64,000 nt of DNA, taken from Candidatus Dojkabacteria bacterium (GTDB taxonomy: Bacteria > Patescibacteriota > Dojkabacteria > JAFGLO01). The notes beneath the pieces were generated by a model. That model had not been told where the DNA came from and made no database searches. It saw nothing but the letters and a program-made list of their open reading frames with translations. Where the stretch lies: positions 955 through 64,954 of the forward strand of contig JAFGLO010000004.1 of the NCBI GenBank assembly GCA_016927995.1, given 5' to 3'. The translations under genes and the position numbers were made by a program. Shown here piece after piece: positions 47,664-56,299 of this stretch; the stretch's first letter is position 1; the number at the start of each line of letters is the position of its first letter.

Positions 47664-49461
47664 TTAGGTGCGGTCAAAGTGGGAGTCAATCTCGTCCGGA
47701 GTAATTTTCCAAAGGATTGGTCGTCCGTGCGGGCAGGAATACGGATTTTTGCATAGAAGGAGTTTTCGGACAAAGCTTTTTGCATCGGGATTGGTTATTT
47801 GCTGATTTGCCCTAAGTGATGTATGGCAGGCAAATGTTGCAATAATATCCTCATATTTATTTTTGACATAATTTTCGAGAACGTTTTGATCTTCTGTGAA
47901 AGCAATAAGCTCTTTTATTATTTCGGTTATATTACCGGACTTTAAGGTTTCCGGGACGGCTGTAATAATTAGGGTTTCGTTTGATAAATCTACTGTAAAT
48001 CCAATCTTTTGTAAAAGTGGTAAGACGCTCTCAACGATAATGGATTCGGGCTTAGTAAAAGAAAGCTTAATCGGCACGAGAAGTTTTTGACTTGTTGTAC
48101 TGTCTATGTGTTCGTATGCATTTAAAAGTTCCTCGAATCGGATTCGCTCTGCAGCGGCATGTTGGTCTATAACCCATAATTCGTCATCTTTCTCACATAT
48201 GATATATCGACTCATATACTGATGAATGTTTGTGAGTGGTATATCGTCTGAAGATTCTGTAGATTCCAAAAGTTGTTGGCTAAATGCAATTGCCTGGTTT
48301 ACAAGGTTTTTGTTGTGTTGGAATGTTTGCATAGATGAGCTTGCACTCAGTGGATTGTGGGTTGCAGGCTCAAGATCTCTTAATCTTGTTACACTACTTT
48401 CGGGCGAGGTCTCATTATATGAAGAGTAGATAATGTCTTTTTTTTAAGGCTGTTTCAAGTGCACTACGAACTGCATGCTCAATATCGCTATACACCCGGT
48501 ATGGGTTAACAAAACGAACTTCAAGTTTTTGAGGATGTACGTTAACATCGACCTGAGTTGGATCAATTGTTAAGTAGATTGCAAAAGGAATTTTACTTCC
48601 GTTAGCTACAAATCTATTGGTTCCTGCATAAACCGACTTTATAATACCTCTATCCCATATGGGTCGTTTGTTTAAGAAAATATATGTATGTGATTGATTT
48701 GTTTTGGCAAGTATCGGATGACCAATCATTCCCCCCACAGTAACGGAGTCTGCCTTTGTGTAAACAGGAATTAAAGACTCTGTTTCCTCCTTTCCTAAAA
48801 CATCTTCGATCCGGCTTGGATGAATGAATGTCTTGGAATCGTGGGTATTAACGGAAATAGGTAAAAAGTCGAATAGTTCTTTTCCGTTGTGAATTAGCTT
48901 AAATCGGATTGTGGGGTTTACAAGCACGCGTTTAATTATTTCGGCTGATATTTTTCTAATTTCGGTTTGGGTTGATTTAAGAAACTTTTGCCGGGCCGGA
49001 ATTTTTTCAAATAAGTTTGTAATAGTTATTGTAGTCCCTGGTTTTCTGTTTGTAACTTTTGGTGTTGATATTTTGCCATGTTCTACTGTAATAGAAGTAC
49101 CGTTATCAGTCTCGGATTCTTTTGTTTCTACAGTGATTTTGGACACTGATCCTATACTTGCAAGTGCTTCTCCACGAAATCCAAGTGTTTCGAGTTTAGC
49201 TAGATCTGAGATGTCTTGTAATTTGCTTGTTGTATGTGGTTCAAAGGCTAGTGGTAGATCGTCTTTTGAAAAGCCGACGCCATTATCTTCAATTTTTATT
49301 TCTGACTTGCCGCCATCTTTTAGACTTATAATGATTTCAGTTGCACCTGCGTCAATCGAGTTCTCCAATAGCTCTTTAACAACAGAAGCAGGACCTTCTA
49401 TTACCTCACCTGCTGCAATTTGGTTTATAACATGTTGTGGAAGCCTTATTATTTTTGCCAT
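47664..49461 (-). pseudogene. mutL: DNA mismatch repair protein MutL, split by a frameshift at an A8 tract
   Basis: N-terminal ORF 48415-49461 (IAAGEVI, KELLENSIDAGA, GFRGEAL, DVNVHP); C-terminal ORF 47664-48332 (DQHAAAER, ACH, CPHGRP). Removing one A at 48438-48445 joins them. Confidence 0.9.
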
Positions 49462-49489
49462 ATGATGGCATTATACAATATATAAATAG

Positions 49490-49517
49490 GTAGGGACAGC
49501 CCTGGACCTGTCTCTAC
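49490..49517. repeat. GTAG-type REP-like palindrome
   Basis: gtagggacag-ccctggac-ctgtctctac; a near copy lies at 52819-52842. Confidence 0.65.
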
Positions 49518-49564
49518 TTGTAAGATATTATAATAATATAATAAATTTATCTGCAGTTGGGCCT

Positions 49565-51619
49565 GTGGCTAAAAAACATTTGTGGATAATTCTTTTCTGG
49601 ATTTTGATAGCTTTCACTTGTTCGTCATTCGTGCAAATTCTCTCAAAAGATAGTGTGCTTGGTATATCGACAAACAAAGGATGGATATCATCTAATGCGA
49701 CTTTTCCACTTGTTCCTTCAAATCCGAATGCATCTTTAAAAACAAAGGTGGTACTAAATTATATTGTTGACTTACCTACCCGAGCCGCAAATAGAGTGCT
49801 TACGGGTCAGTTTGTTGGAGCTAGTGTCGATAATCTGTTTCCGACTCGATACAATACTTATATCACGAGTATATATAGTCAATCGGGTAAGTATCCTGCA
49901 ATTGTTGGGGCAGATTTTTTGTATTGTGGCTTTGCAAACAGCATGTTAACCAAGCTTATAGAACATAGTAATAACGGTGGGCTTGTGACTATAAGTTGGC
50001 ACATGATGAACCCTTGGACCTCTGTGCCATTAAACTGTATGGATAGCGAGAGCTGGGGGTGCAGAACACTTCCTAGGTATGACGGCTGTGGCGAGAGTAG
50101 CGATTTGTCGGACATTGGTAGTTTGTCAGACTTATATACGCCAGGTAATCAATATTACAATGATTGGCATGCAGACTTGGATCAGAAAGCCGCTTGGCTT
50201 GCTACTTTGCGTGATAACGGAGTCGTTGTCTTGTTCAGACCTTTTCATGAAATGAATGGTAATTGGACTTGGTGGGAGAATAGAGACAAAGCTCAATATG
50301 TAGCCTTGTGGCAGCATTTATATAATTATTATACTAACACAAAAGGTTTAAACAACTTGCTTTGGGTTTATTCTCCTAATCGAAACGAGGGCGATTATAA
50401 AGATGTTCTATACTATTACCCCGGGAAAGCTTACGTAGATATCGTCGGGCTTGATTACTATTATTATGAAGGATTAAGTCAGGGTTGGAATGGCGTAATA
50501 AGCAATATTGGCTCTAGTGGTTATACAAAACTTTTGACCTTAGGCAAGCCTATTGCGTTAACAGAATTTGGTCCCGGCAGTGGTGGATACGAGCCGAGTA
50601 AGTATGTATTCGATAATCAGCTTCTAATAAACAACATTAAAACATATGCACCTCAGACCTCATATTTTATGTACTGGAATAAAAATTATGCCATAGCTAA
50701 TCAGAATAATGTATCAGGACTTATGAATGACAGCTGGAGCATAACAAGGGATGAAGTTGATTACCAAAAAAGTATTGACGGGGTTGCAGATTTTTCTGTA
50801 GATCATACAAGTGGAATAGCACCTTTTACGGTAGTGTTTACCGATCTTTCGACAAATAATCCTCAAACCTATGCATGGGACTTTAACAACGACGGTATAA
50901 CAGATTCGACCGATGCAAATCCTAGTTATATATATACCGGTTCGGGAACATATACTGTTAGATTGACCACCCAGAGTCTAGGAATATCAAAAACAAAGGT
51001 TGTAGAGGGTTTAATTATTGTCTCCATCCCTGGTGGTAATACTGATTCGACCAACAATAACTCGATATCTCCCAACAACACCAATAGTAATAATAGTGCT
51101 ACTGATGATAATGGACAAAGCGCTAATTCCGATGACACAAATGTGTTTGTACCCGTAGGAAATGAAAATATATTTTTATCTACAGTTTCTTCCAAAATTG
51201 AAGGGGATTATATTAAAGTTATAATCTCGTACTCAGCCGTAAATAAAATAGAAGCGATCGGAGTAAATGTAGATTTGGATCCCTTGATCATTAAGGAAAT
51301 TATTGTTGATGATGAAACCATTACAATCTGTTTTTACAGGGAGTCGTTAGCAGATATGGGTAAGCAGGTATTCGAAATCCCGATTAGAATTGAGGATATC
51401 AATGGAAATTATCTTGATACTGTCATCTCGACTATTCTTCCGGAGCAGGAAACCCAGATAGAATCTCATTTGGACAAAGCCAAAAATATAGGAATTGTCG
51501 TTGGAACAGTAGGTTTAATGGGTATAACATATACATATATAACTCTGTTTGTCGGAAAGTATGTAGTAAGAATTACCAGGCGAGCAAGCGGTAAGGATTC
51601 GGACTGGTCTTTCTTCTAA
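49565..51619 (+). CDS. membrane-anchored GH26 (beta-mannanase-like) glycoside hydrolase + PKD domain
   Basis: TISWH, FRPFHEMNGNWTWW, YYPG..YVDIVGLDYY, KPIALTEFG; PKD FTDLS...WDF...YTVRLT; C-terminal TM. Confidence 0.88.
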   Translation: MAKKHLWIILFWILIAFTCSSFVQILSKDSVLGISTNKGWISSNATFPLVPSNPNASLKTKVVLNYIVDLPTRAANRVLTGQFVGASVDNLFPTRYNTYITSIYSQSGKYPAIVGADFLYCGFANSMLTKLIEHSNNGGLVTISWHMMNPWTSVPLNCMDSESWGCRTLPRYDGCGESSDLSDIGSLSDLYTPGNQYYNDWHADLDQKAAWLATLRDNGVVVLFRPFHEMNGNWTWWENRDKAQYVALWQHLYNYYTNTKGLNNLLWVYSPNRNEGDYKDVLYYYPGKAYVDIVGLDYYYYEGLSQGWNGVISNIGSSGYTKLLTLGKPIALTEFGPGSGGYEPSKYVFDNQLLINNIKTYAPQTSYFMYWNKNYAIANQNNVSGLMNDSWSITRDEVDYQKSIDGVADFSVDHTSGIAPFTVVFTDLSTNNPQTYAWDFNNDGITDSTDANPSYIYTGSGTYTVRLTTQSLGISKTKVVEGLIIVSIPGGNTDSTNNNSISPNNTNSNNSATDDNGQSANSDDTNVFVPVGNENIFLSTVSSKIEGDYIKVIISYSAVNKIEAIGVNVDLDPLIIKEIIVDDETITICFYRESLADMGKQVFEIPIRIEDINGNYLDTVISTILPEQETQIESHLDKAKNIGIVVGTVGLMGITYTYITLFVGKYVVRITRRASGKDSDWSFF

Positions 51620-51625
51620 TCTGTT

Positions 51626-52747
51626 TTATGCCTTAGGCGAAATGCCAGTTAAAAATTTTGCCAGAAGTTGGCGTCTAGTTAATGGCTTGTTTTCAACCGA
51701 AGAAAAAGTACCTGCGCTGAATACGGCAATCAGCCTATTTAGAATATTATTTTCATCTAACGCATCATAGTTATTAAATAGCCGGTCGAATATCTGCTCG
51801 GGAAGTTGGTCGGCTGTAATATGGAAAGGATTTGTTTCCGCAGCAGCCATTGATCCGTCTAGCAACCTATTTACAAGCGTAAATCTTGTAATAATTGAAT
51901 ATATACTGTCTTTTCTAGAGAGTATTGGATCTAACTGTTCTTCCGTTTGATCACTATAAAGTTCATGCCAAATCTTTTCCGTATCAGGCTCTTGCATAAG
52001 GAAAGGGAATCCATCCAAAAAGTGCCAAAGTTCTGTAAAGTCACTCATACCCATTAACGTACAAAGTATGGCAAGTCTTATTTCCGGAGAGTCTTCATCA
52101 GTAGAGTATTTATATTTTGCTTCATAATACTCTTTAGCAACTAGGGTAAAGTTTAAAAGCAGTGCAGATCTCATTAGTTCATTAGATAGAACCAAGTAAA
52201 ATGCAAGTTTCCTTTGCTCGTCCGTGTACGCATATGTTGTTTCAGGATTACGTAGGCTCTGTCCGAGTATAATAATCCACTCTAGTCCTTCAATTTTGTT
52301 AACTGATACAGACATTCCGTCTTTGTTTGTAAAAAGGTAAGAATCTGTACTGGGGTCAACTAGTTGCGAAGAAAATGCACAAACACGAGGATCTATGATG
52401 GCCTCCTGTATTGAAAATCCCGTGACTCCAAATCTTTCGTAGAATTCTTGGGGTTGTGCAAGGTACAAATTTAACAATTCCGAGCTCCAGCTAAAAGAAG
52501 GAAGGTTGTACCTTGATGCAAGTTTAGCCATTTCATCCGCATAGGTTTGAATTTCTTCTGGGGTTACAGTTCGCTCAACTTGAGCACCTAATACAATTTG
52601 CTCGGGAGTTGGTGTTGGTGCTACAGTTTCTGGAACCGAAACGATAGGGGGTGGGATCTCGACGCCTGGTCTGCATCCAGTAACCATACCAGCAGCAACA
52701 GTGGCACCCAACCTGGTCAAAATCTGTCTTCTATTAACTTCCATCAT
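51626..52747 (-). CDS. hypothetical lipoprotein with twin-arginine-like signal
   Basis: NRRQIL...VAAGMVTGC lipobox, followed by a Pro-rich linker. Confidence 0.65.
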   Translation of the reverse strand: MMEVNRRQILTRLGATVAAGMVTGCRPGVEIPPPIVSVPETVAPTPTPEQIVLGAQVERTVTPEEIQTYADEMAKLASRYNLPSFSWSSELLNLYLAQPQEFYERFGVTGFSIQEAIIDPRVCAFSSQLVDPSTDSYLFTNKDGMSVSVNKIEGLEWIIILGQSLRNPETTYAYTDEQRKLAFYLVLSNELMRSALLLNFTLVAKEYYEAKYKYSTDEDSPEIRLAILCTLMGMSDFTELWHFLDGFPFLMQEPDTEKIWHELYSDQTEEQLDPILSRKDSIYSIITRFTLVNRLLDGSMAAAETNPFHITADQLPEQIFDRLFNNYDALDENNILNRLIAVFSAGTFSSVENKPLTRRQLLAKFLTGISPKA

Positions 52748-52818
52748 TTTTATATAATCAAGTTATCGTGATAATGTTTACGTTTGATATTAGCAAAAGG
52801 TAACATTATGAATAGATC

Positions 52819-52842
52819 GGGACAGACCTGACCTGTCCCTAC
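52819..52842. repeat. GTAG-type REP-like palindrome (second copy)
   Basis: gggacag-acctgac-ctgtccctac. Confidence 0.6.
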
Positions 52843-52894
52843 ACGAATTGATTAATTTATTGTACAATTGTCAATTAACTTTGTGGTGCTTGTA

Positions 52895-54016
52895 ATGGCA
52901 AAACCAAACTTAACAATTGATGAGCGGCTAAAGCTTGTGCTTTCTGTTGGCGAAGAAGTAGTAGGTGCCGACGAGCTAAAACCCATTTTAGAATCAGGAG
53001 AAGATCTAGTATGCTATGACGGATTTGAACCATCGGGACAAATGCATATAGCTCAAGGCATAATGCGTGCGATAAGTACCAATAAAATGACAAAAGCAGG
53101 GTTTAAATTTGTGTTTTATGTGGCCGATTGGTTTGCCTACCTTAATAAAAAAATGGGTGGTGATATAGAAAAAATTCGAACCGTTGGTAGATATTTTATT
53201 GAATTGTGGAAAGCCTCGGGAATGGATCTTTCAAATGTATCTTTTGTTTGGGCAAGTGCTCATGCAAAAGATCCCTTATACTGGGAACTTGTAATGAAAG
53301 TTGCTCAAAACACAACACTTAATCGAATTTTACGTACGACTCAAATAATGGGGCGAAGCGAATCCGATAAACTTATGGCTTCACAGATTTTTTATCCATG
53401 TATGCAGGCTGCCGATATTTTTAAGCTAAATGCACGAGTTACTCAGCTTGGAATGGACCAGCGTAAAGTTAATATGCTTGCACGCCAGGTTGGTCCCGAG
53501 CTTGGATTTTTTAAACCTATTGTAATTAGTAATCATATGCTTATGGGGTTAGGTAAGCCCGCTGCAGATAATATGGATGCAATCGAGCGTGCTATTGCCA
53601 TGAAAATGAGTAAATCAATCCCGGATAGTGCAATATTCATGACAGATACAAAAGAAGATGTAGAGCGTAAAATAATGAATGCCTACTGTGCCGAAGGCGA
53701 TATAAAAGACAATCCGATTCTCGAATACTGCAAATACATAATATTTGAGGCTTATCATCTTGTTGGGTTTGAAGATTTGTTGGCAGCTGGATTTGTTGTA
53801 GAACGACCGGAAAAATATGGTGGAGATGTCGTATACAAAACTTATGATGAGTTAGAGAAAGCCTTTTCCCAAAAGGAGTTATTCCCAACTGATCTAAAAG
53901 CAGCCGTTATTGGTTATATTAATAAATTACTTGATCCGGTGCGAGAGCATTTTGAAAAGGATCACGACGCAAAAGCACTTTTGGAAATGACAAAAAGCTA
54001 TCAAGTAACAAGATAA
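52895..54016 (+). CDS. tyrS: tyrosine--tRNA ligase, short archaeal/eukaryotic type
   Basis: YDGFEPSGQMHIAQG, YPCMQAAD, QLGMDQRKVNMLAR, KMSKS; no bacterial S4 domain. Confidence 0.92.
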   Translation: MAKPNLTIDERLKLVLSVGEEVVGADELKPILESGEDLVCYDGFEPSGQMHIAQGIMRAISTNKMTKAGFKFVFYVADWFAYLNKKMGGDIEKIRTVGRYFIELWKASGMDLSNVSFVWASAHAKDPLYWELVMKVAQNTTLNRILRTTQIMGRSESDKLMASQIFYPCMQAADIFKLNARVTQLGMDQRKVNMLARQVGPELGFFKPIVISNHMLMGLGKPAADNMDAIERAIAMKMSKSIPDSAIFMTDTKEDVERKIMNAYCAEGDIKDNPILEYCKYIIFEAYHLVGFEDLLAAGFVVERPEKYGGDVVYKTYDELEKAFSQKELFPTDLKAAVIGYINKLLDPVREHFEKDHDAKALLEMTKSYQVTR

Positions 54017-54030
54017 TTAAAGAGATTGAA

Positions 54031-54855
54031 ATGATATCAAAATCGTTACTTATACAATTACAAACGGAACTAAAGACAGCATATTCCGGTGATATAACTG
54101 CCTTTGTAAACGATATTACTACAGATCTTACCGATTCCAAGACCGAGAAATTAAAACAAAGATCAGGCTCCAATATACCTTCCGGTAAAATAATACTTTC
54201 GGCGCGGAACTTAACAAAAACATATACCGTTGGTGGTGAAAGGATTCATGCAGTCGATGATGTAAATCTTGATATAGCTGAGGGCGAAATTGTTGCAATA
54301 ATGGGATCAAGCGGAAGTGGTAAGAGTACATTACTTCATTTGTTAAGCGGGCTTGATCAACCTACTTCCGGTGAAATTTCCGTTGACGGCAAGTCGCTTT
54401 CGAGTATGACTGATAATGAAAGTGCGGCATATCGGAACCAAACAATAGGGTTTGTTTTCCAATTTTTCTTTTTACAACCGTATCTTAATGTTCGTGAAAA
54501 TGTTGAAATTCCATTGATGTTTCGAAAGATGATAACATCGGAAAGACAGGAAAAAGCAGTTAACGCACTTAATCTTGTTTCGATTGCCGATAGGATAAAA
54601 CACTTACCGAAGCAGTTAAGTGGAGGGCAGATGCAAAGAGTTGCAATTGCGCGTGCGCTTGTTAATAATCCCAAAATAATTTTTGCCGATGAACCTACAG
54701 GTAATCTTGACGAAAAGACAGGCAAAGAAATAATGGATGTGCTCGAAAATATTAGCAAACAAAATAGGACAACAGTTATCATTGTTACTCATAACCCTAA
54801 AATTGCAAGTAGAGCAGGTCGAATATTTAATATGGTAGATGGCAAACTTTTATGA
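54031..54855 (+). CDS. ABC transporter ATP-binding protein (LolD/MacB-like)
   Basis: GSSGSGKST, GFVFQ, LSGGQMQRV, ADEPTGNLD. Confidence 0.93.
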   Translation: MISKSLLIQLQTELKTAYSGDITAFVNDITTDLTDSKTEKLKQRSGSNIPSGKIILSARNLTKTYTVGGERIHAVDDVNLDIAEGEIVAIMGSSGSGKSTLLHLLSGLDQPTSGEISVDGKSLSSMTDNESAAYRNQTIGFVFQFFFLQPYLNVRENVEIPLMFRKMITSERQEKAVNALNLVSIADRIKHLPKQLSGGQMQRVAIARALVNNPKIIFADEPTGNLDEKTGKEIMDVLENISKQNRTTVIIVTHNPKIASRAGRIFNMVDGKLL

Positions 54856-56195
54856 TAAAAGGCAGAGATGCAAGCAAGCTTGCGCTTACAAAATATAAAC
54901 AAAGAAAAGTAAGAACAATTACCTCGGGTTGCTCGATATCGTTAGGTATAATTATTCTGCTTGTATTTCTTGTTGGAACAACAGGGGTTAACAACACACT
55001 AAAGAAAATATTTAGGGACACAATTTCATTTAAAAACTATGTTGCCGTTGATGCAAGTGCGGACTCATCGGTTCAAAAGACAGTAGAAAATACATACAAG
55101 GGAGAATATATCGGGAGAACAGCTCAACTTGACGGTATTAGTGATCATTTGGAATTCTGTATTAGTCCTTTGCTTGATCAGGTTTCATCCGAATACACAT
55201 ATTTCACAATGTATAATCTCGTGCTTGTTCCTGAATTTATTGCACATGATTACTTAGCTGAAGGATATAGTTTCGATGATAAATACGATGGAAAAATTCC
55301 CGTAATTATTCCTATAACCGATCTGGCATATATTAAAAATAATGTTGCCGTTTGGGATATGTCTTCAAGGGAGCAGTATGACTTTTTTCATGACTTGGCC
55401 GTAGAGTATCTTGGTAAAGAAATCTCGATTTCTTACGAGGCTATGGGTCATGTGGCTTACGATGAAACTAACGATCCAACTTCCTGGACGGAATTAGATA
55501 ATAGATTTGTTATTGTAGGTTTTAGCCATTCAGGTTTTGGTTCATTATATACAATGGGATATTACAATTCGTTAATTATTCCGGACTGGGCGAAGTCTGA
55601 ACTTATGGATTCAAAGGTTTTATCTCTTACGGCGGGAAAGAGTATCTACAAATTACAGAATCCTAAGGACGTAAAGAAAGTAGTCAAAGATCTATGGACG
55701 AATCCTGTTTATGGAATTGTCGAACAGACACATGAATTCACAAAAATAACAAGAAACATTGGATTGGGGCTGGGTTCATTCTTCCTTATTGTCTCAGCGT
55801 TCTCCGTATTCTTCACCGTTAATAAAATTGTATCGGAAAGTAAACGTGAAATCGGGGTATTTAGAGCTGTTGGTGCTACCCGTGCCGATATAAGGAAAAT
55901 TCTATACAAATATGCTTTATTAATAACAAATGTCGGATTTGTTATTGGGCTTGTACTTTCAATTGGCTTTAATGTTGTTTTATCGCTTTTCTGGGGTAGC
56001 AGTTTGTTTTATGCACTTGCTGTAAATTCAATGCAAATGAGCGTATCAAAGCCGATGTTTTTCTTTGTTGGATTTCCTTGGGCAGGTATTATTTTGATAT
56101 ATTTTATTGGACTTATAACAACATTTGTTGGTACAACGATTCCGGCGTTTAGGGCATCCTTAATGCCTACAGTTACCGCCCTAAGAGATGAGTAA
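54852..56195 (+). CDS. ABC transporter permease (MacB/FtsX-like)
   Basis: REIGVFRAVGA and IPAFRAS...ALRDE; overlaps the ATPase gene. Confidence 0.88.
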   Translation: MIKGRDASKLALTKYKQRKVRTITSGCSISLGIIILLVFLVGTTGVNNTLKKIFRDTISFKNYVAVDASADSSVQKTVENTYKGEYIGRTAQLDGISDHLEFCISPLLDQVSSEYTYFTMYNLVLVPEFIAHDYLAEGYSFDDKYDGKIPVIIPITDLAYIKNNVAVWDMSSREQYDFFHDLAVEYLGKEISISYEAMGHVAYDETNDPTSWTELDNRFVIVGFSHSGFGSLYTMGYYNSLIIPDWAKSELMDSKVLSLTAGKSIYKLQNPKDVKKVVKDLWTNPVYGIVEQTHEFTKITRNIGLGLGSFFLIVSAFSVFFTVNKIVSESKREIGVFRAVGATRADIRKILYKYALLITNVGFVIGLVLSIGFNVVLSLFWGSSLFYALAVNSMQMSVSKPMFFFVGFPWAGIILIYFIGLITTFVGTTIPAFRASLMPTVTALRDE

Positions 56196-56299
56196 ATTTT
56201 GTAAGTCATAATAAAATTTGACAGGGTTTAAATACTTTTATATAGTTACAGTAATATACTCCCTGGGGTAAGGGGGACTATCAAATATTAGCGGACTTT

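Noticed and set aside
56218-56246. Third candidate LexA box at the dnaE promoter (GGTTTAA-N6-TTATATA)
   Set aside because: Four mismatches in AT-rich DNA and a different register relative to TTGACA.
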